DNA from: Candidatus Saccharibacteria bacterium RIFCSPHIGHO2_12_FULL_41_12
GTDB taxonomy: Bacteria; Patescibacteriota; Saccharimonadia; Saccharimonadales; 2-12-FULL-41-12
Assembly: GCA_001790445.1 (NCBI GenBank)
Contig: MGCQ01000001.1
Location: forward strand, 187,157-251,156
Direction of reading: 5' to 3'
Length of the DNA: 64,000 nucleotides
The notes under the pieces were generated by a model. That model was not told the DNA's origin, did no database searches, and worked only from the letters and a program-made list of their open reading frames with translations. Every line of letters begins with the position of its first letter. The stretch's first letter is position 1. The translations under genes and the position numbers were made by a program. Shown in pieces: positions 27,451 through 36,381 of this stretch.

Positions 27451-27818
27451 TTTTGGAAGCCTTTTACCTCTGAGCTGAGATCTTTTAGTGAATCTTTGGA
27501 CTTATGCAGGACTTTGCTGATATTCAGATCGGCCATAACAGTCTTTGGCAGTCCCAATTCCCCCAAATTGGCCCTAGTGTAGACAATACACGGCAGATTC
27601 TGCCATTCTGGGTACGACCGAACTTCTTGCAGGAACTCAATACCGTTAGAACTGGGGATGACTAGCTCTAAAATGATCAAATCATAGTTGGTTTTGTCCA
27701 GATGATCTAAGCCATCTTGGCTTGTATGGGCGCTGTTAGCTTGCCAACCTTCCGATTCTAACCACTGCACCGTGGTCTTTGCTAGTTCTCTGTCTGGCTC
27801 AACTACTAAAATGATCAT
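27447..27818 (-). CDS. Stand-alone receiver-domain protein with Glu at the phospho-acceptor position
   Basis: 123 aa with a CheY-like fold pattern. The DLIILELVIP segment aligns to the canonical DLxxxDxxMP, so the acceptor Asp is replaced by Glu. Confidence 0.65.
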   Translation of the reverse strand: MIILVVEPDRELAKTTVQWLESEGWQANSAHTSQDGLDHLDKTNYDLIILELVIPSSNGIEFLQEVRSYPEWQNLPCIVYTRANLGELGLPKTVMADLNISKVLHKSKDSLKDLSSEVKGFQK

Positions 27819-28504
27819 ATTAGTGTGAGTTGTTGGCTAGCTTCTAGGCTCAATGAGAAGCCATAGAGCTTGTTTCTTTTAGTTAGAGCCAGTTGACTGC
27901 CCAAAAGCTGGCTAAAAAGCTCTGCAAGGTAATATTCTGGCAAGGCAGAGCTTGATTGTACGGCAAGGGGCATTTTGGCTTTAGATTTGATCAGTTTTTC
28001 TACATTAAAGTTCTCTGCAGATAGCGAAACGTCTGAAAACACACCAACTTTGGCTTTGCCTTTGCTCTGATATGCCTCCATGGTGATCTTTTTGTTGGTG
28101 GATTGGTTGCCTTCAAATGCAGCAATAAATAGCGCTAAACTCTTAACGATTTCTTTGACAACCCTGAAATCTGACGCAACTAGTGGTTGTTTTTTGTCTA
28201 TTAACACTTTAATCTGGGGACTAATAGCAAATTGGCTAATTTCGTAGTCCACTAGAGCTAGCACAGCGCCAAGATTCATCGGTTCGCTAATTAAAGCTAA
28301 CTGCCCTTGCTGATATGATTTGTGCAACATGTAGGTATCGATCAAGGCCAAGCCTCTTTTTGTAAAATCCTCTATCCGAGGGTCAATGTTGCCGGTTTTT
28401 TGGGATAATTCATGGGCACGCAAGGTATTGAGGAGATACTGCTCCAGGTCCAGAGCAATTGATCTGATTAGCAAAGATTCTTCTGACTCCCTCGGTAATG
28501 TCAT
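27815..28504 (-). CDS. Hypothetical protein (possibly a degenerate histidine-kinase-like partner)
   Basis: 229-aa ORF that overlaps the receiver gene by 4 nt. It bears weak resemblance to DHp (RAHELS) and HATPase regions. No firm motifs. Confidence 0.35.
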   Translation of the reverse strand: MTLPRESEESLLIRSIALDLEQYLLNTLRAHELSQKTGNIDPRIEDFTKRGLALIDTYMLHKSYQQGQLALISEPMNLGAVLALVDYEISQFAISPQIKVLIDKKQPLVASDFRVVKEIVKSLALFIAAFEGNQSTNKKITMEAYQSKGKAKVGVFSDVSLSAENFNVEKLIKSKAKMPLAVQSSSALPEYYLAELFSQLLGSQLALTKRNKLYGFSLSLEASQQLTLI

Positions 28505-28544
28505 TACCCCCTAATTATACACTCATTTATATAGAATTTGACCA

Positions 28545-29022
28545 ACAACCTTCCGCCGACACCAAGGTGTCTGATGCGTCATACTTTCTTGTGTTGACAA
28601 GAAAGTATGCAAAGAAACAACAGGCTATTGAATAACATTATTGAAATATCTAAACAATTAACCCAGTTTCTGCGGGACTCCTTCCAGTCGGGCTAAAGCC
28701 TAGTCCTCAAAACATGGCGTTAATCGCTCAGATATTTCATCAGTTATTAAATGGCCTGAAATTTAGTTGCTAGATTATTAATAATATTTTCATAGAAAAT
28801 ATACACTCTGCTTCTGGTCAGGCCTTGAGCAGACCTGAGAGATTTCGTCGAGATTACAACTATTAGACGAGGACTGTCTGAATGACCAAAGGGAGAGAGT
28901 TCCGCAGTCTGTTGTAATCCTCGACTAGAAATCCCACCCGGGTCTGTTCAATCGCCTGTCGGTTTTGGGTTCCGTTTTGCCGAAACAAAATGGAACAAGA
29001 AATGGCTTGCTTGCAAGCCTGC
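28545..29022 (-). repeat. Family-1 composite structured intergenic element, copy C (long form with X module)
   Basis: Modules present: outer hairpin 28558-28571; HP1 28580-28609; X module 28672-28708; core arms 28847-28860 / 28911-28925; GC hairpin 29004-29019. Confidence 0.8.
28985..29022 (-). terminator. Intrinsic terminator-like hairpin downstream of the 29041-29697 gene (GC-hairpin module of copy C)
   Basis: Minus strand reads GGCUUGCAAGCAAGCC followed by AUUUCUUGUUCCAUUUUG, about 20 nt after the stop. Confidence 0.45.
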
Positions 29023-29040
29023 TAATTAGAAATTTCTTAT

Positions 29041-29697
29041 TTATGGAATAAATGTAAACGTTGCTAGGACTGCATTATTATAATCACCAAAATAATCTGT
29101 TGATTGACTACTAATCTTGATGGTTTTATCACGAAGCGGAAGTACAACTACTACCCCAGACTTCTTCCCCCCAGGTATCTGCCCCTCAAACCTCAGCCCC
29201 TTGACGCTTGGCACTTTTGGCAAGGAATATGGCGTAGCCTTCATCTCACCAGCTTTGACCTGAGATTCATATTTTTTGACCTCTGTGTCATATTGAATAT
29301 TTGTCACTTCTACTACTGTTGCGAGAGAAACATCCACCCCAGATGACACGACTGCCGGCTGAAATTTAACAGTTGAAGCACTCCCGGAATTGTCTTCGTA
29401 AACACTCCAGGTTTTTGGATAACTCAGGTTAAAACTTCCAAATGATTCTGGCCCATTATATACCCTGTACGGCTCTTTTTCTTTTTGGACAAACTCGTTA
29501 TCTTTCTCTGTTTTGGCCCGCTCTACTGCGATTTTCACCGCTGAGGATATCAACGGATCAACTTGTGTTTTATATTTGGTGCGTTCCGTAAAAGCCCAAC
29601 CGCCAAAGCCAAGTGCTGCGACCAACAACACAATAGTCAAGATAAATGGGATCAACAAAACATTTATCTGCCCAGATTGTTCGTTCTTAACATTCAT
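29041..29697 (-). CDS. Hypothetical membrane-anchored protein
   Basis: The track ORF extends to 29790 but would overlap the upstream gene by 71 nt. ATG 29697 (MNVKNEQSGQINVLLIPFILTIVLLV...) gives an N-terminal TM anchor and no overlap. Confidence 0.5.
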   Translation of the reverse strand: MNVKNEQSGQINVLLIPFILTIVLLVAALGFGGWAFTERTKYKTQVDPLISSAVKIAVERAKTEKDNEFVQKEKEPYRVYNGPESFGSFNLSYPKTWSVYEDNSGSASTVKFQPAVVSSGVDVSLATVVEVTNIQYDTEVKKYESQVKAGEMKATPYSLPKVPSVKGLRFEGQIPGGKKSGVVVVLPLRDKTIKISSQSTDYFGDYNNAVLATFTFIP

Positions 29698-29719
29698 ACC
29701 GCTAATGTTAGCATATTTT

Positions 29720-30196
29720 TTAATATTTGTAGAGATGTACGGCAGATTCTGTCTTAACCGGTTTTCTCCCCGGTATAGCAAACCCCACACTGACTAATTT
29801 GACCGGTTTTTTTAGGCTTAACATCTTTTTATCCAGCTTTTTCATATATGCCCCTGCCAAAAAAACAAATATTCCGTCTGCACCCGACAAATCTGCCAGC
29901 CAATAATTTTTTAATTTGATCTTGATGGTCTTTCGGTATTTGAAACAAACCACAAGAGAGACCAGATACAAAATGGGGTTCAGCTCGTAGCCGATACAGT
30001 TAATCCCTCGCCTTGCAGCTTCTCTGAGAACTCGCCCATCACCAGAGCCAAGCTCAATCATAGTCTGACCTTTTTGCAAATTCAACAGATCAAGCCCTGC
30101 GTTAATATGTAATTTTTTGCTAGGGACATATGGCGCCCCCACCAAGACTATCCCCGTAAAGCAGATCAGAAGGAACCCAAATATTAGATAAATCAC
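29720..30196 (-). CDS. Class I SAM-dependent methyltransferase (small, N-terminal TM)
   Basis: 158 aa with SAM motif I ELGSGDGR. GTG start overlaps the xseB stop (GTGA). Confidence 0.6.
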   Translation of the reverse strand: MIYLIFGFLLICFTGIVLVGAPYVPSKKLHINAGLDLLNLQKGQTMIELGSGDGRVLREAARRGINCIGYELNPILYLVSLVVCFKYRKTIKIKLKNYWLADLSGADGIFVFLAGAYMKKLDKKMLSLKKPVKLVSVGFAIPGRKPVKTESAVHLYKY

Positions 30197-30360
30197 TTTT
30201 TCTTCGTATCCAACTGAGTTAAATATGCTTTGATCTGCTCAATAAGTTTTTGGCCTTTTTTTTGCAAAGCAATCGCATCATCTATATCGATATCGCCAGA
30301 ACTTAGTTGAGACAATACCTCATCTAGTTCTTGTTTTAGGTCTTTGTAAGTCTTTTTCAT
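30193..30360 (-). CDS. xseB: Exodeoxyribonuclease VII small subunit
   Basis: Not in the ORF track (55 aa). Manual translation gives MKKTYKDLKQELDEVLSQLSSGDIDIDDAIALQKKGQKLIEQIKAYLTQLDTKKK, a typical XseB helical hairpin. It lies immediately downstream of xseA. Confidence 0.75.
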   Translation of the reverse strand: MKKTYKDLKQELDEVLSQLSSGDIDIDDAIALQKKGQKLIEQIKAYLTQLDTKKK

Positions 30361-30369
30361 TTCGATTAA

Positions 30370-31485
30370 TTATACCCTCTCTACTGTAGAATAAATAGTT
30401 CCGTCAGCCAAAATTACCTCTAAGCCATCACCAATTTTTAAGCCTTTTTTGCTGATTAATCGCTTCCCGGACTTTCTAACAACCGCATAGCCACGATGCA
30501 ATATTGTCCGTGGATCCAATGACTCAAGCAATTGCTGTTTTATTTTTACATCATGCATTTCTCTAGTAATTACCTCTGTAAATAGCCGATTAATTGCTTC
30601 TTTGTACTGATCTATCTCGTCTCTTTTGGCTTGAATAATGCGTGTGCGAATGTCTTGCATTGTATACATTATTTGTTCTAAAAGCTTCAGCTCATGCTTC
30701 AAGTCAGGTACAAGAATTTCCGCTGCGTTGCTGGGCGTGCTTGCCCGCACGTCACAGGCAAGTTCTGCTAGAGACTCATCCCGCTCATGCCCAATTGCCA
30801 CAAGCGTAGGAACCCTGCTACTGGCGATTGCCCTAACTACCCGCTCATGGTCAAAAGCAACCAAATCGTCCTTTGAACCACCACCACGAACAATAACAAT
30901 CACCTCTGCGTCTGTTTGATTGGCCTGGGACGTTGCTGAAATGATCTGATCAGGCGCGTCTGCCCCCTGAACCTGGACATCATAGGTTTTTATATCGAGG
31001 CTAGACCAACGACTGTTGATAATCTTTATAAAATCGCCATATCCAGCAGATTCTTTTGACGATATTAGGGCGATCTTCTCTGGTGGATACGGCAATAGCC
31101 TCTTGCGAGCTGGGTCGAACAACCCCTCTTTTTCTAGTTTTTTATAGAGTAGGGCATTGGCTTTTTTGATCGAACCCTCTCCAACAGGTTTTATAGAACT
31201 GACTAATATACTAAAGCCAAAGTTATTGTGGAGCCTTGGCCGACCAATGATTTGGACCTGCATGCCATCCTCAAGAGGTCCAGGCAAAACATAAACCGTT
31301 CCAAACATCTTAATAGAGGATTCTTCATCTTTTAAATCAAAATATACCCACTTATTCTTGCTGATCCGCAGATTAGACACTTCACCAAATATACTAACTG
31401 CCGGGTATAACATCTCTATTGACTGGTTAAATACCGCGACAAACTGGCTAACGCTGAACTCTGGTAACTCTAGTTTACTATGCAT
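30370..31485 (-). CDS. xseA: Exodeoxyribonuclease VII large subunit
   Basis: N-terminal OB-fold (FSVSQFVAVFNQSIE...VSIFGEVSNL) and a catalytic region. Start ATG 31485 is preferred over track start 31530, giving an 8-nt overlap with the upstream gene. Confidence 0.85.
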   Translation of the reverse strand: MHSKLELPEFSVSQFVAVFNQSIEMLYPAVSIFGEVSNLRISKNKWVYFDLKDEESSIKMFGTVYVLPGPLEDGMQVQIIGRPRLHNNFGFSILVSSIKPVGEGSIKKANALLYKKLEKEGLFDPARKRLLPYPPEKIALISSKESAGYGDFIKIINSRWSSLDIKTYDVQVQGADAPDQIISATSQANQTDAEVIVIVRGGGSKDDLVAFDHERVVRAIASSRVPTLVAIGHERDESLAELACDVRASTPSNAAEILVPDLKHELKLLEQIMYTMQDIRTRIIQAKRDEIDQYKEAINRLFTEVITREMHDVKIKQQLLESLDPRTILHRGYAVVRKSGKRLISKKGLKIGDGLEVILADGTIYSTVERV

Positions 31486-32524
31486 TTTTTGGTCTTCTAT
31501 TAATGTTTTTGCTGTAGAAATAATAGCCAATGGGTAGCTGGATCAACATGCTGAGGATTCGATACATAATCACCACCGGAATACTGATAGACGCCGGCAC
31601 ACCGGCGGCAAGTAAAACTGCAGTGGTCAAACCCTCGTAAATACCCACCCCACCTGGCAAAACCGATATTAACCCAGCAAAATTAGCAATTGCGTAGGCG
31701 ATAATAACTGCCCCTATGTTCACCGGAGCGCCAAAAGCGATATAAACAGTATAGATGGTTGCTACCTCACTGAGATTGGCCATCAAAGCGTGAGCCATGG
31801 GCGCTTTCAACCCTGATAATTTGCCCCTCATCAACAAATAGTTATCATGCAGTTCGCCAAATAACTCTTCTACCTTCAGCAATTTGATAGATTCCTTGCC
31901 ACCAAATCGAGATTTATGTAAAACCCAATTGATAATTTTTGCTAAAAACACCATAAAACTGTTGATGCGTTTTTTGTCACTGACAATGTACATAGTCAAT
32001 ATTGTCCCAACCGCCAAAAGAGTGATCAAAGAGCTAGCAATTAATATAACCAAGTCACTGGCTTTCCCTTCTATGGCCAGAGCAAGTAGCCCAATAAAAA
32101 GCAAAACCTGAAAAGACAAAAACACACTGACGAACCGCATCATTTGGACTGTAGTCGCTGTGCCCGCAGAGACCTTAAATTGTTTCATTCTTAGACCAAA
32201 ATACGAAAACCCACTAACTCCAGCTGTTGGAAATATATTATTTACAAAGTTAATCTCAAAAGCTACTTTGAGCATCTCCTTATACGGAATATGTTTGTTA
32301 AACAAAGCAAAATAATGACGATACATCCGAGTATAGGCATTATAATTAAAACCTTGCCAAATTATCATTATCAGCAAAAGACTAGAGTTAATCTGTCCAA
32401 AATTAGAGACAGTATCACCAATTTGCTCTCTCGATACGTAAATCAGACCAGCCAATGCCGCAAATGTAATAAACGTCAAAAACATTCGCCACCTATAGAA
32501 AATAAAGTGTTTTATTTCACCCAT
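31478..32524 (-). CDS. Polytopic membrane protein (UPF0104 / lysylphosphatidylglycerol-synthase TM-region-like)
   Basis: 348 aa with about 8 TM helices. The pattern resembles the flippase-like LPG_synthase_TM family. Confidence 0.5.
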   Translation of the reverse strand: MGEIKHFIFYRWRMFLTFITFAALAGLIYVSREQIGDTVSNFGQINSSLLLIMIIWQGFNYNAYTRMYRHYFALFNKHIPYKEMLKVAFEINFVNNIFPTAGVSGFSYFGLRMKQFKVSAGTATTVQMMRFVSVFLSFQVLLFIGLLALAIEGKASDLVILIASSLITLLAVGTILTMYIVSDKKRINSFMVFLAKIINWVLHKSRFGGKESIKLLKVEELFGELHDNYLLMRGKLSGLKAPMAHALMANLSEVATIYTVYIAFGAPVNIGAVIIAYAIANFAGLISVLPGGVGIYEGLTTAVLLAAGVPASISIPVVIMYRILSMLIQLPIGYYFYSKNINRRPKNA

Positions 32525-32555
32525 AACTACAATGGATTATAACAGATAATAGAGG

Positions 32556-33923
32556 TTATTGATCAAGCAGTGCACGACAAAAAATAACATTTGCTGCCGC
32601 CGTTGGTCCCCAATATGACGCCCCTATTGGCGTGCCTGTGACTGAATTGTAGCCTTCAGAAAATTTACCGTGGCCATTTTTACCCTTCTTTGAGGCCAGA
32701 TATGCCTGCACCACAGACTCTCCGATAGCTTGTTTGAGATTTCTTTCACGCTCAATATCTGATTCCAGAGCATTAAACATCAAAAAGTTGACCATCGGAT
32801 GCATCGCACCCCTGTGTATCAACCCATCTTCGTGCCCAGTCGAAACCGGAAAATTCCTAGCCACTGTGTCTCTTTCTAGAGCAGACAGTGTCAAATTAAA
32901 CTGTTCAGTACTCATGGCAGCTCTACCCAAAAGAGCAATATACGGCTCCGCCCCCATATGACCTGCTAGCAGTTCATTAGATTGAGGCAAACGCGAAACA
33001 AAAGCGCCTGATTCTTCATCCCAAAGCTTATTTAGACTACTACGGGTTTTCATAAAATTAATTTTTAAGTGATCTGGAATGGTTTTGCCGGCAATAGCAT
33101 ACAACTCTTCTATTGCTTGATTATCAGCAATCATTACTCCGTTGACAGCGACGTCTTGTAGTCTAAAGTCATCTTTTGCCCCATATAACTTGGCTGCCGT
33201 TCGGAGTGACATGTATTGACCAGCGTCATAGGTTGAATCTCCCCTCCTCAGTACCTTACCCCCACCCTTTAACTGCAAATAAAGCCTGGCAACATTTTGG
33301 ACGAATTGGTTATTCCTGGTTTTTTCTTCTAAACGTGAGAGTTTACTTTCTTTAAGCCTTTCTAGAGCCTCCTTGTTACCTGTCCCATGTCTAAAAAAAG
33401 TCTCATCTGGATGTGTCTGGACTATCAAACCATCACGGTACATATCTCTTTCTTGGTATTGCCATAATTTAATCTTTTCTAAGCCAGGTAAGACCTTTTG
33501 TACCCACGATTCTCTCGTTGATCCTTCCGGTAAAGCCTCTGCAATGGCCAGTGCGGTCATACTCATCATCGGTATTCCGGAATGCGGTGTAGCCATAGCC
33601 CCGTTTTCCAGCTTTTTCGCTTTTTCTACAATTGGACCGTCGATGAATCTTCGGCGCAGGCTTGTGGTATCAACAATCAAATGAGGCACACGTCCTTCTG
33701 GCGTGATTCTCTCCAACCAGAAATCAAACATTTCCTGGGCTTGCTCAACATTACCTCTGGCAATATCAGCCAGCGTGTAGACATAAAGTTCATGAGCCCA
33801 GTGGTCGCTATGACTCTTAGCGGTTAGCGGATCAACTCTGCCTTCTCTTGATTTTTCCAAGGCAACATAAGCCTCTGTATTGACTATTAATAAATCCTCT
33901 CTTGACAGCTCAGGTCTAATCAC
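32556..33923 (-). CDS. Putative (alpha/alpha)6-barrel glycoside hydrolase-like protein
   Basis: 455 aa. The C-terminal EGYNSVTGTPIGASYWGPTAAAN resembles GH63/GH15/trehalase-type catalytic regions. Assignment is tentative. Confidence 0.35.
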   Translation of the reverse strand: MIRPELSREDLLIVNTEAYVALEKSREGRVDPLTAKSHSDHWAHELYVYTLADIARGNVEQAQEMFDFWLERITPEGRVPHLIVDTTSLRRRFIDGPIVEKAKKLENGAMATPHSGIPMMSMTALAIAEALPEGSTRESWVQKVLPGLEKIKLWQYQERDMYRDGLIVQTHPDETFFRHGTGNKEALERLKESKLSRLEEKTRNNQFVQNVARLYLQLKGGGKVLRRGDSTYDAGQYMSLRTAAKLYGAKDDFRLQDVAVNGVMIADNQAIEELYAIAGKTIPDHLKINFMKTRSSLNKLWDEESGAFVSRLPQSNELLAGHMGAEPYIALLGRAAMSTEQFNLTLSALERDTVARNFPVSTGHEDGLIHRGAMHPMVNFLMFNALESDIERERNLKQAIGESVVQAYLASKKGKNGHGKFSEGYNSVTGTPIGASYWGPTAAANVIFCRALLDQ

Positions 33924-33972
33924 ATCTATATTATATCATTTTTTGTCAATATATTCAAAGTATTTAAGATGT

Positions 33973-33978
33973 TATACT
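33973..33978 (+). promoter_or_regulatory. Extended -10 (TGT-TATACT) 6 nt upstream of ATG 33985 (leaderless-type)
   Basis: Plus strand reads gaTGTTATACT-gtgaac-ATG. Confidence 0.35.
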
Positions 33979-33984
33979 GTGAAC

Positions 33985-35145
33985 ATGTACATAAATATCC
34001 TAGGCAGACAGCCAGAAATTGGCATCGCCGAGCTTGAAAGTCTTTACGGCGCGGAAGCTTTAACGCCTCTGCCTCCCTACGCATGCTTAATTAATTCTGA
34101 GCAGATTGATTTTGATCGACTTGGCGGTTCGCAGAAATTAGCCAAAGTTCTGACGACTCTACCTACAAATGACTGGCACAGTATTACCAGATACATCTCT
34201 GGCGCTCTGCCAGGATACATACAGAACATGCCAGAAGGCAAAGTAAAATTCGGCCTGAGTGTCTACGGTGTCAACATCTCACCGAGTAAGATCAATGCCA
34301 GTGCTCTGCAACTAAAAAAGGTCATAAAATCATCAAAAAGAGGCGTCCGAGTTGTACCTAACAAGGAAACTCACCTTTCTACCGCCCAAGTTTTGCATAA
34401 TGGTTTGACTTCCTCCGTTGGAATTGAGCTTTTAATCATCAAATCTGGCAAAAGGACAATAATTGCCAGAACAACCCATGTCCAAGACATCAATGCCTAC
34501 GCCCACCGCGACCAAAACCGTCCCATGCGCGACACCAAAGTTGGCATGTTACCACCTAAGTTGGCCCAGATCATCATTAATCTAGCCAATCCAGAGCCAA
34601 ATAGCATTGTTTTGGACCCTTTTTGCGGAACAGGTGTAATGCTCCAAGAATCGTTGTTAATGGGCTTCAGCGCAGCAGGATCAGACCTAGACGAGAGAAT
34701 GGTTGAATACTCTGCCAAGAACATCCAATGGTTAAATCAAAAGGTTAATTTTACGGGCACTTTAAGCATAATTGAGCAAGCAGACGCCACAAACCATATC
34801 TGGCAGAGTACCCCAGATCGTGCTGCTTCAGAAACATATTTAGGTCGTCCGCTTTCTTCAGAGCCAGACAGCCAGACTCTAAGCAAAATCATGAATGATT
34901 GCGACACAATTCACACTAAATTTCTAAAAAATATTGCCAAGCAGACTTCTCTCGGCTTCAGAATGTGTCTTGCTGTGCCTGCGTGGAAAACTCGCCAAGG
35001 GTTCAAGCACCTCAAAACTCTTGATTCTCTCGAGAAATTGGGCTATAATAGGCTTAAGTTTGTTCACGCTGAGGATAAAGATCTTATTTACCACAGAAAA
35101 GGTCAGTTCGTAGGTCGAGAACTTGTAATTTTAGAAAGAAAATAA
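33985..35145 (+). CDS. SAM-dependent RNA/DNA methyltransferase (UPF0020 / Trm11-like)
   Basis: Contains LPPKLAQIIINLA and the SAM motif VLDPFCGTGV. Start ATG 33985 (MYINILGRQPE...) is preferred over track start 33880, which would overlap the divergent gene. Confidence 0.6.
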   Translation: MYINILGRQPEIGIAELESLYGAEALTPLPPYACLINSEQIDFDRLGGSQKLAKVLTTLPTNDWHSITRYISGALPGYIQNMPEGKVKFGLSVYGVNISPSKINASALQLKKVIKSSKRGVRVVPNKETHLSTAQVLHNGLTSSVGIELLIIKSGKRTIIARTTHVQDINAYAHRDQNRPMRDTKVGMLPPKLAQIIINLANPEPNSIVLDPFCGTGVMLQESLLMGFSAAGSDLDERMVEYSAKNIQWLNQKVNFTGTLSIIEQADATNHIWQSTPDRAASETYLGRPLSSEPDSQTLSKIMNDCDTIHTKFLKNIAKQTSLGFRMCLAVPAWKTRQGFKHLKTLDSLEKLGYNRLKFVHAEDKDLIYHRKGQFVGRELVILERK

Positions 35146-35168
35146 TTCCCGCTCCTGAAGATTCTTTG

Positions 35169-35269
35169 TGTCAGATAAATTACAAGGAAGAACTTGAGCA
35201 TCGCAAATGAGCCGTAGTAAAGCTACGGTGAATGCGAAGCGGAAATTCTGACGCAGTAATTTACTGACA
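35169..35269 (+). other. Structured 5' leader upstream of rpmA
   Basis: A 14-bp long-range stem joins 35169-35183 (tgtcagataaattac) to 35256-35269 (gtaatttactgaca). It encloses the hairpin 35212-35228 (ccgtag-taaag-ctacgg). The structure ends 12 nt before the rpmA SD. Confidence 0.4.
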
Positions 35270-35281
35270 GAAAGGATCGAA

Positions 35282-35554
35282 ATGTCAAAAGTTAAAGCAG
35301 GTGGATCAAGTAAGAATAATCATGACAGCCCCGGTCAACGACTTGGTGTTAAGCTTTTTGGTGGTCAGAGCGTCAAAACCGGTCAAGTTATTGTCCGCCA
35401 AACAGGAATGACCAAACGTGCTGGCAAAGGCACATTCCTTAGCCGCAACTTTACTATTCATGCATCAAAAGACGGAAAAGTAGTCTACAAAAAGCGACGC
35501 TTCAAGCTCTTTAGCGGACAAAGTGCACCCCGCACCGAAGTCACAGTAGAATAA
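35282..35554 (+). CDS. rpmA: 50S ribosomal protein bL27
   Basis: 90 aa with KAGGSSKNNHDSPGQRLGVK, typical of bL27. SD AAAGGA lies upstream. Confidence 0.93.
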   Translation: MSKVKAGGSSKNNHDSPGQRLGVKLFGGQSVKTGQVIVRQTGMTKRAGKGTFLSRNFTIHASKDGKVVYKKRRFKLFSGQSAPRTEVTVE

Positions 35555-35559
35555 AACTC

Positions 35560-36381
35560 CTAGACTTTAATACCTAGTTTTTGGGCAAATCTTATTGCTT
35601 CGTAACCACGAGTTGTCAGAAATGGATGTGATGCTGTTGACTGTGCCATCAGTTTCATCAACCCATGACTCATTTTTTGCTGGAAGGCGATGCCTTCTTC
35701 TCCCATATATTCTGCAAATTTCGAACCAACATAAACTTTGGTCAAAGCAGAAACAACAGTATGCGGGTTTCTTGTGTACGCAACTGCCACTCTATCTGCA
35801 GCTAATTCTGCGCGCCTACCCCAAAATCCAAATATCCAACCAATTACCGGACCCAAAAACGGTACGAGCACAGCCAGTGGATTAACGTAAGCACTGACCC
35901 AAGTATGTTTCAATTTAATGTGCCCCATCTCATGAGCAATTATGCTAGTAACTTCTTGCTGAGTCAGTTCTTCTACTATTGCCGAGTGCAAAACAATAGT
36001 ATATGGCTTGATATACCCAATAGCAAATGCATTAAGAAATGGGTTTTGACTGATAAAAACATCTACCTGGGGCATGTCCAAATCGCGACTAATTTTGTTC
36101 GCAATATCTCTTAAAAATGAATGCCTCCCATTTTGTACTCTCAGTGCATTACCAAGATAATTGATTTGGTACAAACGGACAGCAAAAAGAGAAAAACCCA
36201 GCACGCCGAAGATTACACATGCATTAAATATCAGATCAGCAGGGCCTTTGCCGAGAAACATTACAAAAATCAGAGAAATCACGACCAAAGCGATTGTTAG
36301 CCAGAGCACTACTCCATCGCCCACCCTTCTAACCTGTTTGACTATGCTTTTCGCGTACTCTTTGTTATTCAAGTTTTGCAC
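35560..36381 (-). CDS. M48-family zinc metallopeptidase (HtpX-like)
   Basis: 273 aa with TM helices and the HEMGH zinc motif. Confidence 0.8.
   Translation of the reverse strand: MQNLNNKEYAKSIVKQVRRVGDGVVLWLTIALVVISLIFVMFLGKGPADLIFNACVIFGVLGFSLFAVRLYQINYLGNALRVQNGRHSFLRDIANKISRDLDMPQVDVFISQNPFLNAFAIGYIKPYTIVLHSAIVEELTQQEVTSIIAHEMGHIKLKHTWVSAYVNPLAVLVPFLGPVIGWIFGFWGRRAELAADRVAVAYTRNPHTVVSALTKVYVGSKFAEYMGEEGIAFQQKMSHGLMKLMAQSTASHPFLTTRGYEAIRFAQKLGIKV

Noticed and set aside
29698-29790. N-terminal extensions of track ORFs create long overlaps: 29041-29790 versus 29720-30196; 30370-31530 versus 31478-32524; 44626-45378; 58565-59290; and 33880-35145.
   Set aside because: Internal ATGs give canonical N-termini (for example MILLDRVSKVYG for FtsE and MKIHRFYIGG for RsmE). 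They also remove or minimise overlaps, so the shorter models were adopted.
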